DNA of 64,000 nucleotides from Clostridia bacterium (GTDB lineage Bacteria > Bacillota > Clostridia > Oscillospirales > CAG-272), in NCBI GenBank assembly GCA_017536475.1, contig JAFXHH010000021.1, positions 68,431-132,430 of the forward strand, written 5' to 3'. The position numbers were made by a program, and so were the translations under genes. Shown here piece after piece: positions 10,019-18,498 of the stretch (positions within the stretch are counted from its first letter, which is position 1; each line of letters opens with the position of its first letter). The notes beneath the pieces are model-generated. The model had not been told where the DNA came from and made no database searches. It worked only from the letters and a program-made list of their open reading frames with translations.

Positions 10019-10711
10019 ATGTATTTAATCACAATGTTCGAGGATATGGGTAAGATCTTCGTGAAATACTGGGATCTTTTTTTGATCAAAGGAGTTACCG
10101 CAACCATACTTCTCTCACTTATGACGGTATTTTTCGGTACCGTTATCGGCGCACTGCTTGCGCTTGTCAAGATAAGCAAAATAAAGCCGCTGAAATGGCT
10201 GGTCAATGCTATCGTTGAGATAATCCGCGGCACTCCTATGCTGCTTCAGCTCTACATAAGCACGTTTTTGATCCCCGTTATCATACCCGCGATGAACGAG
10301 CTTGAAAACAAAAAGATACTCTGCATATCCTTTACACTGATACTCAACAGCGCGGCGTACGTTTCCGAGATAATTCGTTCGGGTATAGAGGCGGTCGATA
10401 AGGGACAGACCGAGGCGGCAAGAAGCCTTGGACTTAACGGCACGACCACGATGATACAGGTCGTTCTTCCTCAGGCGGTAAAGAATATTCTTCCCGCGCT
10501 CGGCAACGAATTTATCACGGTCATCAAGGAGACATCGCTTGCATCGACATTCTACGTCGGCGAGCTTATGACACAGTATCACGTTATCGTTGGAAAGACT
10601 CATAATTCACTCCCGATACTTATGATAATAGGTATCATTTATTTCGTGCTGAACTTCGTGCTTTCCAAGCTGCTCGGCGTGTTCGAAAGGAGAATGAAGG
10701 CCCATGCTTGA
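10019..10711 (+). CDS. Amino-acid ABC transporter permease (His/Glu/Gln/Arg/opine family)
   Basis: Multi-TM protein with an EAA-type loop: [28 protein letters not shown]. Confidence 0.9.
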   Translation: MYLITMFEDMGKIFVKYWDLFLIKGVTATILLSLMTVFFGTVIGALLALVKISKIKPLKWLVNAIVEIIRGTPMLLQLYISTFLIPVIIPAMNELENKKILCISFTLILNSAAYVSEIIRSGIEAVDKGQTEAARSLGLNGTTTMIQVVLPQAVKNILPALGNEFITVIKETSLASTFYVGELMTQYHVIVGKTHNSLPILMIIGIIYFVLNFVLSKLLGVFERRMKAHA

Positions 10712-11642
10712 CGTAAAAAATATATATAAAAATTTCGGAGACCTCAAGGTTCTTGAGGGTGTGTCCACGCAGATAGCGGAGGGCGAGGTGGTCGCTATCA
10801 TCGGTGCTTCGGGCTCGGGTAAATCGACGCTTCTGCGCTGTATGAATCTGCTTGAGACTCCCACCTTTGGCGAGGTCTGGATGGACGGCAAGCTTCTGAC
10901 TCCCGTAGATCCCTATCTTCATCCCGAGGTCATAATGGCATCCAAGACCTACAAAAAGCTCTCCGCGGCAGGAATGAGCTCGGAGGACGCTGTCGCCAAG
11001 ATCAAGGCTGAGGACCTTATTAATGAAAAATTCTCAGCGGCAGAGGGCAAGGAATACCGTGCCGAGATGAAGAAGATATACGACGAAAATCACATCGATA
11101 TCAATCTCGCCCGTCAGAATATGGGAATGGTGTTTCAACAGTTCAATCTTTTCAACAACAAGAGCGTTCTTGAAAACGTAACTCTTGCTCCTATGAAGAC
11201 CCGCGCAAAGCAGATGATCAAGGAGGGAAAGAGCAAAAAAGAGGTAAAGGAATACTTTAACGGTAAGGCTATGGCTCTGCTCAACCGCATAGGACTTGAG
11301 GACAAGGCGAACGCATATCCCTCCACGCTCTCGGGAGGACAGAAGCAGAGAATTGCCATAGTCCGCGCGCTTGCGATGGAGCCAAAGGTAATGCTTTTCG
11401 ATGAGCCGACGAGCGCACTCGATCCCGAGATGGTAGGAGAGGTTCTTGACGTTATGAAGGGACTTGCAAAAGAGGGAATGACCATGATCTGCGTAACTCA
11501 CGAGATGGGCTTTGCCCGCGAGGTCGCGGACAGAGTGCTCTTTATGCACGAGGGAGTCATCGCGGAAAGCGGCACTCCCGACGAGATATTCAACAATCCC
11601 AAGCATCCCAAGCTTCAGCAATTCCTCGGCTGTGTGCTTTGA
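10704..11642 (+). CDS. Amino-acid ABC transporter ATP-binding protein (GlnQ-like) with internal insertions
   Basis: Walker [11 protein letters not shown]-loop MVFQQFNLF, signature LSGGQKQR, Walker [13 protein letters not shown]-loop VTHEMGF. Overlaps the permease by 8 nt. Confidence 0.92.
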   Translation: MLDVKNIYKNFGDLKVLEGVSTQIAEGEVVAIIGASGSGKSTLLRCMNLLETPTFGEVWMDGKLLTPVDPYLHPEVIMASKTYKKLSAAGMSSEDAVAKIKAEDLINEKFSAAEGKEYRAEMKKIYDENHIDINLARQNMGMVFQQFNLFNNKSVLENVTLAPMKTRAKQMIKEGKSKKEVKEYFNGKAMALLNRIGLEDKANAYPSTLSGGQKQRIAIVRALAMEPKVMLFDEPTSALDPEMVGEVLDVMKGLAKEGMTMICVTHEMGFAREVADRVLFMHEGVIAESGTPDEIFNNPKHPKLQQFLGCVL

Positions 11643-11652
11643 TAATTAATAT

Positions 11653-11683
11653 TGCCCGACCGTGCTATCGGTCGGGCATTTTT
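11653..11683 (+). terminator. Rho-independent terminator of the ABC operon
   Basis: TGCCCGACCG, loop TGCTAT, CGGTCGGGCA, followed by TTTTT. Confidence 0.8.
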
Positions 11684-11742
11684 GCGCCTTGAGATTTAAT
11701 AAAATTTCACCATAAAAATACTAAAAACAAGCGCCTTTTCTG

Positions 11743-11771
11743 TTGACTTTTTCGAGTGTCGGTGGTATAAT
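11743..11771 (+). promoter_or_regulatory. SigA-type promoter with extended -10
   Basis: TTGACT (11743-11748), a 17-nt spacer, then TGGTATAAT (11763-11771). Confidence 0.55.
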
Positions 11772-11835
11772 AATACGTGGCGTAATAATACTGTATTTAT
11801 AAGTTTATATAATTAACTCGGAGAAACGACGAAAA

Positions 11836-13161
11836 ATGACGGTTTTTATCAATAAAAAACACGGCCTTAAATTCAATATGCCCGGAGAAAGAGACAAGGT
11901 GATAAGGTTGACGTGCGTGCTGATCACGGCACTGCTCGCGATATCTGTTATCCTTGCGATTTTTTGTGCCGTTCTGTTTTTTCAGACCAAGCACGTGACT
12001 ATCGAGGCGGGACAAGCTCTGAGCGCCGCCGATATCGCCAAAAACGAAGCCGCGGTGTTTGGCGATGGCTTTGATCCCGACTGCATCAACCACGCGGGAG
12101 TCTATCACTTTACGGTGCTCTCCAAGGGTGAAGAAATCGACGTAAGACTCGAGGTCAAGGATACCAAAGCACCAAAGGTCACGGTCAAGGACGTCTGCAC
12201 GGCGGTCGGCGGCACTATTCCCGATCCCGCGGAGTTCATAGATACTATATACGAGCCCGACTCATACACGGGCGAATATGTCGAAAGATTTTCCGAGATA
12301 AAGGCGATGGGCACATACTCCGCGCGTGTCAGATTTACCGACGCGTCGGGCAATAAGACCGAGGTGTTTGACGTCAATATGACCATAGTCGTCGATACCG
12401 AAGCCCCCGAGCTCGAGGTCAAGTCGGATATCGTGACCTACGTCGGCGAGGCGGTGTCCTATAAGCAGAACGTCAGCGTTAAGGACAACTGCACGGGCGA
12501 GATAATCCTCACGGTAGACGATAGCGAGGTAGATCTGTCGGCGGCAGGAGAATACACCGTGTATATCTCCGCGACCGACGCGGTCGGCAACCGCAGTGAT
12601 AAGGTCAAGGTCACCGTTCACGTTTATTCGGAGGAGATCACGCAGGCAGCGCTTAACGAAAAGATAGCCGCCGCGGCGGACGATATCGGCATCACCGATT
12701 CGATGACGGCAGAGCAGAAGTGCCGAGCGATCTACGAATATGTCTACGGCAGGATCTCTTACGTTTCCACATCCGACAAGACGAGTTGGCAGAGAGCAGC
12801 GTACGAGGCGCTTTTCGTCTCGGGAAGCGGCGACTGCTATAGCTATTTTGCGGCGGCGAAGGCACTGCTCGAATACTACGAAATTGAAAATCTCGACGTT
12901 CAGAGAACGGCGGGATATACCACCGACACGCACTACTGGAGTCTTGTAAATATCGGCACCGAGGATAGTCCTCGCTGGTATCACTTTGACTGCACGCATT
13001 TGCGCTCGGAATATAACCACTCAGGCTGTCTGCTTACCGACAAGCAGGTCGACGCATACAACAAGGTGCGAAAGTATTTCCGCCTTTATGACAAGAGCGC
13101 GTACCCTGCCGTTGCAAAAGAGATCATAACCCCGACTCCCGAGCTTGAAAATCTATATTGA
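11836..13161 (+). CDS. Membrane-anchored transglutaminase-like protein with Ig-like (DUF5011-type) repeats
   Basis: N-terminal TM segment LTCVLITALLAISVILAIFCAVLFF. Two DTKAPK/DTEAPE Ig-like modules. C-terminal core GSGDCYSYFAAAKALL ... THYWSLV ... WYHFDCTH (Cys-His-Asp transglutaminase-type). Confidence 0.75.
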   Translation: MTVFINKKHGLKFNMPGERDKVIRLTCVLITALLAISVILAIFCAVLFFQTKHVTIEAGQALSAADIAKNEAAVFGDGFDPDCINHAGVYHFTVLSKGEEIDVRLEVKDTKAPKVTVKDVCTAVGGTIPDPAEFIDTIYEPDSYTGEYVERFSEIKAMGTYSARVRFTDASGNKTEVFDVNMTIVVDTEAPELEVKSDIVTYVGEAVSYKQNVSVKDNCTGEIILTVDDSEVDLSAAGEYTVYISATDAVGNRSDKVKVTVHVYSEEITQAALNEKIAAAADDIGITDSMTAEQKCRAIYEYVYGRISYVSTSDKTSWQRAAYEALFVSGSGDCYSYFAAAKALLEYYEIENLDVQRTAGYTTDTHYWSLVNIGTEDSPRWYHFDCTHLRSEYNHSGCLLTDKQVDAYNKVRKYFRLYDKSAYPAVAKEIITPTPELENLY

Positions 13162-13175
13162 CAATATATTGACAA
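13154..13175. repeat. Perfect tandem 11-nt direct repeat (TATATTGACAA x2)
   Basis: Read directly: TATATTGACAA at 13154-13164 and again at 13165-13175. The repeat spans the stop codon of the upstream gene and ends 10 nt before the dltA-like ATG. Confidence 0.9.
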
Positions 13176-13185
13176 GGACAGAATC

Positions 13186-14703
13186 ATGTATCAGACAAAT
13201 ATTCTCGAATATCTTGAAAATACCGCGCCGAAATATCCCGACAAGGTCGCGTTTTCGGACGGCGTTGACAATATCACCTTCGGAGATCTGCAGAGCAGAT
13301 CGAAGAGCGTCGGCAGCTTCCTTTTGTCAAAGGGATACAGACGCGAGAGCGTAGTCGTATTGATGAACAAGCACCCCGACACGATCGCGGCGTTTATGGG
13401 TATAATATACGCGGGCTGCTTTTACGTCTGCCTTGATTCCGAAATGCCGCCGCGCCGCATAGATATGATATTTGAAAGCCTCAAGCCAAGGGCGGTAATT
13501 TACGATAAAAAGAATGCAAGAAATCTCGCGAAGCTTCCCGACAATGCCGAGAAATATCTCTACGACGACATTTGTGAAAGCCCGATCGATCAGCTTGCGC
13601 TCGGAGAGGTAAGAGAGCGACAGCTTGACACCGACCCGATATACGTCGTTTTTACCTCGGGCTCTACGGGAGTACCGAAGGGAGTTGCGGCGGCGCACCG
13701 TTCGGTCATCGACTACACCGAAACGCTCTGCGAGGCGGTACAGTTCGATCACGATACCGTCTACGCCAATCAGACTCCGCTGTATTTCGATGCGCCGCTT
13801 AAGGAAATTATGCCGACGCTCAAGCTTGGTGCGACGACCTATTTCGTACCAAAGCAGCTCTTTATGTTCCCGACGAAGCTCTGCGACTATCTCAACGAGC
13901 ATAGGATCAACACGGTCTGCTGGGTAGTCTCGGCGCTCGTGATGATATCCTCGCTCGGCGCGCTCGAGAGCAATCCGCCGAAATATCTCACCAAGATCTG
14001 CTTTGGCAGTGAGGTCTTTCCGATAAAGGAATATAAGCGCTGGAGGGAAGCATTCCCCGAGGCGACCTTCTTCAATCTCTACGGTCCGACCGAGGCGACG
14101 GGTATGTCGTGCTATTGGAGAGCCGACAGAGAGCTTGCCGAGGGCGAGCCGATACCGATCGGAAAGCCCTTCAGAAACACCGAGATAATGCTTATCGGCG
14201 AGGACGGCAGGGAGGTTAAGACGGGTGAGGCGGGTGAGATATACATCCGCGGCACCTGTGTGACGCTTGGATATTACAGAAACAAGGAAAAGACCGACGA
14301 GGCGTTCGTCCAGAATCCGCTTTGCGACGCATACCCCGAGATAGTTTACCGCACGGGTGACCTCGCAAGATACAACGAGCACGGCGAGCTTGTCTTTATG
14401 ACTCGCAAGGACTCGCAGATCAAGCACATGGGACACCGCATCGAGCTTGGCGAGATCGAAGCCGCGGCGCTTTCGTTTGATAAGATACTTCAGGCGTGCT
14501 GCGTCTACAACGACGAGCAGAAAAAGATCGTCCTGTTCTACACGGGCGGCGCGACCGAAGCCGAGATAATTTCTTATATGCGAACCCTCGTGCCGAGATA
14601 TATGTTACCCGCTACGGCAATCTGCCTTGAAAAGATGCCCCTGACGGCGAACGGAAAGCTCGACCGCAAGGGAATGAAGGAAAAGGCTAAAGAATTAAAA
14701 TAA
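13186..14703 (+). CDS. dltA: DltA-like carrier-protein ligase (adenylate-forming enzyme, D-alanine--D-alanyl carrier protein ligase family)
   Basis: Adenylation cores FTSGSTGVPKGV, NLYGPTEAT, YRTGDLA and PLTANGKLDRK. About 505 aa with no condensation or thiolation domain. Followed directly by a 75-aa carrier protein. Confidence 0.8.
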   Translation: MYQTNILEYLENTAPKYPDKVAFSDGVDNITFGDLQSRSKSVGSFLLSKGYRRESVVVLMNKHPDTIAAFMGIIYAGCFYVCLDSEMPPRRIDMIFESLKPRAVIYDKKNARNLAKLPDNAEKYLYDDICESPIDQLALGEVRERQLDTDPIYVVFTSGSTGVPKGVAAAHRSVIDYTETLCEAVQFDHDTVYANQTPLYFDAPLKEIMPTLKLGATTYFVPKQLFMFPTKLCDYLNEHRINTVCWVVSALVMISSLGALESNPPKYLTKICFGSEVFPIKEYKRWREAFPEATFFNLYGPTEATGMSCYWRADRELAEGEPIPIGKPFRNTEIMLIGEDGREVKTGEAGEIYIRGTCVTLGYYRNKEKTDEAFVQNPLCDAYPEIVYRTGDLARYNEHGELVFMTRKDSQIKHMGHRIELGEIEAAALSFDKILQACCVYNDEQKKIVLFYTGGATEAEIISYMRTLVPRYMLPATAICLEKMPLTANGKLDRKGMKEKAKELK

Positions 14704-14725
14704 CTCTCACAGAAAGGCATAAATT

Positions 14726-14953
14726 ATGGAAAAGCTCATTGAAATACTCACCGATCTTCACCCCGACGTCGATTTTGCGACCGAGGAGGGACTTGTTGAC
14801 AACGGAATTCTCGATTCGCTCGATATCGTAACGCTTATCACCGAGATCAACGACAAATTTGACGTTTCTATCCCCGCGGAAGAGATAATTCCCGAGAACT
14901 TCAACTCGGCAGCGGCTCTGATGGCGCTTATCGAAAAGCTCGACGAAGAATAA
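14726..14953 (+). CDS. dltC: DltC-like acyl/D-alanyl carrier protein
   Basis: 75 aa with the phosphopantetheine attachment motif GILDSLDIVTLI. Confidence 0.8.
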   Translation: MEKLIEILTDLHPDVDFATEEGLVDNGILDSLDIVTLITEINDKFDVSIPAEEIIPENFNSAAALMALIEKLDEE

Positions 14954-14954
14954 G

Positions 14955-16553
14955 ATGTCGTTCGCTTCGATTTCATTCATAATCTTTCTCGGCGCGACAC
15001 TTTTGCTTTATTACCTCGTGCCGAAAAGGGCGCAGTGGTGGGTCTTGCTCGCCGCAAGCTATATTTTCTACTTCGCGGCAGGCTCGTGGTATCTTCCTTT
15101 TATAATCTTCACCACGCTGTCGTCCTACGCGGTCGCTCGCCTTATGGCAAACAATTCGAGCCGCGAGAGCGCGTATATCGCGGAAAACCGTGAAAATATG
15201 GACAAGGACGCGCGCAAGGCGTACAAGGCAGGGCAGAAGAAGAAAAGATTTCATATCCTGCTTGTCGGCATCGTGCTAAATTTCGGTATCCTTGCGGTGC
15301 TTAAATATACGGGCTTTGCGCTCCATAACGTAAACGCGCTGATAGGAGTATTTGGCGGCGTCAAGCTTGGAATTCCGTCGTTGATACTACCCCTCGGTAT
15401 CTCGTTTTACACCTTTCAGACGATGGGATACCTCATCGACGTCTACCGCGGCAAGACCGAGGCGGAGAAAAACGTATTTCGACTCGCCCTTTTCGTCGCG
15501 TTCTTCCCACAGCTCGTTCAGGGCCCTATATCAAGACATTCGGATCTTGCATCCCAGCTCTACGCTCCGCACAGAGCCGAGTGGGGAAATATAGTCCCCG
15601 GAATGATCCGCATCTGCTGGGGATTTTTCAAAAAGCTGGTCGTTGCCGACACGGTGATGATAGTCATCAAGGAGATCGTCTCCGATACGGGCAAATACGG
15701 CGGTGCTTACGTGCTGTTTCTTATAATCGCGTACTCGGTCGAGATATACGCCGACTTTACGGGCGGTATCGACGTCACGATCGGTATCGGCGAGGCGATG
15801 GGTATAAAGATAGCCGAAAACTTCAACCGTCCGTTTGCCTCGACCTCGACTAAGGAGTATTGGAACCGTTGGCATATCACGATGGGCTCGTGGTTTACCG
15901 ACTACGTTTTTTATCCGCTTTCGATCACCAAGTCGATGCAAAGGCTATCGAAATGGAGCCGCGCGCACCTCGGCAACGCGGTGGGCAAGCGAGTGCCTGT
16001 CTACACGGCGACTATTATCACTTGGTTTTTGACTGGACTTTGGCACGGAGCAAGCTGGAACTTTATCGTCTGGGGATTGCTCAACTGCCTTGTCATACTT
16101 ATCTCGCAGGAGTGTCAGCCTCTGTATAATAAGCTGAATAAACGCTTTCCGAGACTTACAAAGAGTACGTTTTGGACGCTGTATCTTCGCGCGCAGACCT
16201 TTATGATCATGGGCACTATACGAATACTTGACGTCTACCGAAACGTCCCCGTGACATTCAAGATGCTCGGATCGATATTCTACGACGGCAGGGGCTGGCA
16301 GAGCTTTTTGTCGGGTGGAATGCTTTCGCTCGGGCTTGATATAAGCGCGTTTATTGTGGTCGCCGTTGGCATATTGCTTATGCTTGCGGTCAGCGAGATC
16401 TCCTCGAGAGGCGACAGACCGCTTAAAAACCGCCTTGCCGACAAGCCGCTTGCCGCCTTTGGCTGCATGGCGATCTTGATCTTCGCGATACTTATTTTCG
16501 GCTCGTACGGCATCGGCTTTGATGCCTCGCAGTTCATCTACACGCAGTTTTGA
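14955..16553 (+). CDS. MBOAT-family membrane O-acyltransferase (DltB/AlgI-like, long form)
   Basis: Polytopic protein. The MBOAT histidine block is YWNRWHITMGSWFTDYVFYPL. 532 aa. Confidence 0.85.
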   Translation: MSFASISFIIFLGATLLLYYLVPKRAQWWVLLAASYIFYFAAGSWYLPFIIFTTLSSYAVARLMANNSSRESAYIAENRENMDKDARKAYKAGQKKKRFHILLVGIVLNFGILAVLKYTGFALHNVNALIGVFGGVKLGIPSLILPLGISFYTFQTMGYLIDVYRGKTEAEKNVFRLALFVAFFPQLVQGPISRHSDLASQLYAPHRAEWGNIVPGMIRICWGFFKKLVVADTVMIVIKEIVSDTGKYGGAYVLFLIIAYSVEIYADFTGGIDVTIGIGEAMGIKIAENFNRPFASTSTKEYWNRWHITMGSWFTDYVFYPLSITKSMQRLSKWSRAHLGNAVGKRVPVYTATIITWFLTGLWHGASWNFIVWGLLNCLVILISQECQPLYNKLNKRFPRLTKSTFWTLYLRAQTFMIMGTIRILDVYRNVPVTFKMLGSIFYDGRGWQSFLSGGMLSLGLDISAFIVVAVGILLMLAVSEISSRGDRPLKNRLADKPLAAFGCMAILIFAILIFGSYGIGFDASQFIYTQF

Positions 16554-16591
16554 CCGCGTGCTTACTAAATGATTGGAATAATACAGAACAA

Positions 16592-17656
16592 ATGATAAAA
16601 AAGAGAATTATTTGCGCCGTTTCGGTCTTGCTCGTGCTTGCCGCACTGCTCTGGTCAGCAACGCTCGTTCTCGAGCCGAAATACGCTTCGCAGTCGAGAG
16701 AGGGAAATCTCGTTGCCGAGTATTACGGCGAGGTCGACGCGGGGAATACCCATCAGGTGCTCTTCGTTGGGGATTGCGAGGTCTACGAGTCCTTCGTGCC
16801 CGCAGTGCTCTGGGAAAAGTACGGCATCACCTCGTACGTGCGCGGAAGCGCGCAGCAGCTCATCTGGCAGTCCTACTATCTGCTTGAGGAGATGCTGAAA
16901 TATGAAACACCCGAGGTCGTAGTCTTTAACGTGCTCTCGATGAAATACGGCGATCCGCAAAACGAAGCGTATAACCGAATGACGCTCGACGGAATGCGAT
17001 GGTCAAAAAGCAAGATCGGAGCGATAAACGCGTCGATGACCGACGAGGAGACCTTTGCTTCGTACATTTTCACGCTTTTGCGCTATCACTCGCGCTGGAG
17101 CGAGCTTTCGGGAGAGGACTTCAAGTATATGCTTTCGCGTCCGCAGGTCGCGTATAACGGATATATGATACAAACGGGAATCAAGCCGATGGAGAGCGAG
17201 CGCGAGGGCGACGAGCTCTTCGACTACACGCTCCCGAGCGTGTCCTTCGACTATCTCGACAAAATGCGCGAGCTTTGTGCCGAAAAGGGAATCGAGCTCG
17301 TGCTTATCAAATCGCCCACGAACACGTGGAAATATTGGTGGTACGACGAGTGGGATAAGCAGATATGCGACTACGCCGAGCAATACGGCTTGGATTATTA
17401 TAATTTTATAGATAACGAGGAGATCGGAATCGATTGGTCGACCGACACCTACGACGGCGGCGTTCATCTTAACGTGTTCGGCGCTGAAAAGATGACCGAC
17501 CACTTTGGAAAGCTCCTTGTAAAGCAATACGGACTGGAAAGCTTAAAGAACGATCCCGATATCGCAAAGGTGTGGGACAAAAAGCTGTCGGAGTATAAAA
17601 CCGCCAAGCAAGATATGATGGAGGTCAGCGTGAAAGCTTCGTCCTCCCGGCAGTAA
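16592..17656 (+). CDS. Membrane-anchored SGNH/DltD-like protein (block I reads GDC, not GDS)
   Basis: N-terminal anchor IICAVSVLLVLAALLW. Block I-like VLFVGDCEVYE and block V-like DGGVHLN. ATG at 16592; an alternative TTG at 16550 overlaps the MBOAT stop. Confidence 0.65.
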   Translation: MIKKRIICAVSVLLVLAALLWSATLVLEPKYASQSREGNLVAEYYGEVDAGNTHQVLFVGDCEVYESFVPAVLWEKYGITSYVRGSAQQLIWQSYYLLEEMLKYETPEVVVFNVLSMKYGDPQNEAYNRMTLDGMRWSKSKIGAINASMTDEETFASYIFTLLRYHSRWSELSGEDFKYMLSRPQVAYNGYMIQTGIKPMESEREGDELFDYTLPSVSFDYLDKMRELCAEKGIELVLIKSPTNTWKYWWYDEWDKQICDYAEQYGLDYYNFIDNEEIGIDWSTDTYDGGVHLNVFGAEKMTDHFGKLLVKQYGLESLKNDPDIAKVWDKKLSEYKTAKQDMMEVSVKASSSRQ

Positions 17657-17745
17657 AATATACTTTTTCACGCGCGAATTTTGCCCTAAAGGCAAAATTC
17701 AACGATTAATATTATACCGCCGCAAGCGGCGGATCGGAGGTCAAA

Positions 17746-18228
17746 ATGAAAAAAATATTGATATTTGCACTTGTTGCGCTTATGAGTATGTCGTTGTTCT
17801 GCGCCTGCGATGGCCCGCAGATCGACGGTAAGCTGAAATATAGCTTCTTTACGGGTGAAACAGAGATCTTCCCGGGCGATGAGGCGGCGGTAATTCTCGC
17901 GGCACTTGGCGAGCCCAAGGCATACGACGAGTCGCCCTCCTGCGCGTTCGAGGGACTTGATAAGGTCTATACCTATAGCGGATTTGAAATACAGACCTAC
18001 ACCGAGGGCGGCAAGGACTATATTTATATGATAGTTTTGACTAACGATCTCGTAAAGACTCCCGAGGGCATTTCGATCGGTGCGAGCAAATCGGCAGTCA
18101 TCGAAAAATACGGAGATCAGTATACCTCCGTCGGCGATAATCTTCAGTACGAGGCAGAGAATTGCACGCTGCAGTTCATTTTCCGCGACGGCAAGGTTTC
18201 TTCCATTAAATATACGGCGAAGGTCTGA
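17746..18228 (+). CDS. Hypothetical lipoprotein
   Basis: Signal peptide with lipobox LFCAC and a GGAGG RBS. No recognisable domain. Confidence 0.7.
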   Translation: MKKILIFALVALMSMSLFCACDGPQIDGKLKYSFFTGETEIFPGDEAAVILAALGEPKAYDESPSCAFEGLDKVYTYSGFEIQTYTEGGKDYIYMIVLTNDLVKTPEGISIGASKSAVIEKYGDQYTSVGDNLQYEAENCTLQFIFRDGKVSSIKYTAKV

Positions 18229-18264
18229 TGCCCGGATAATTTCCAAATAAGACCGCGCAAAAAT

Positions 18265-18305
18265 GACGCTTGTGGCTCAAAATGCCGCAGGCGTCTTTCT
18301 TTTTG
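18265..18305 (+). terminator. Rho-independent terminator
   Basis: GACGCTTGTGGC (18265-18276) pairs with GCCGCAGGCGTC (18284-18295): 12 bp including two G-U pairs. Followed by TTTCTTTTT. Confidence 0.7.
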
Positions 18306-18367
18306 CCAAAAAACACGGATTTTTAGCACTGTTTACAAAAAATTCATAAAATTATTGGGCAAAACCC

Positions 18368-18396
18368 TTGACAAAAAGGTCAAAAAGGGGTATATT
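18368..18396 (+). promoter_or_regulatory. SigA-type promoter of the hrcA-dnaK operon
   Basis: TTGACA (18368-18373), a 17-nt spacer, then TATATT (18391-18396), immediately upstream of CIRCE. Confidence 0.65.
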
Positions 18397-18407
18397 ATTA
18401 GCGTAGG

Positions 18408-18434
18408 TTAGCACTTGGCGCAAAAGAGTGCTAA
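18408..18434 (+). promoter_or_regulatory. CIRCE operator (HrcA binding site)
   Basis: TTAGCACTT-N9-GAGTGCTAA has one mismatch to the consensus TTAGCACTC-N9-GAGTGCTAA. It lies between the promoter and hrcA. Confidence 0.9.
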
Positions 18435-18498
18435 AAACTGACAATTTCCCTTTTGGAGATGAACCGATTGGGAAAAGGTGGAAAGGAGCGCATAAAAA

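Noticed and set aside
13145-13354. 69-aa ORF overlapping the dltA-like start, considered as a DltX-like small peptide
   Set aside because: - It is out of frame and mostly inside dltA.
- It is Arg/Ser-rich with no hydrophobic helix.
- It has no RBS.
17676-17700. Hairpin GAATTTTGCC-CTAAA-GGCAAAATTC after the SGNH-like gene, considered as a terminator
   Set aside because: It is a perfect 10-bp stem, but no T-tract follows on the plus strand. It is left uncalled; it may still affect read-through into the lipoprotein gene.
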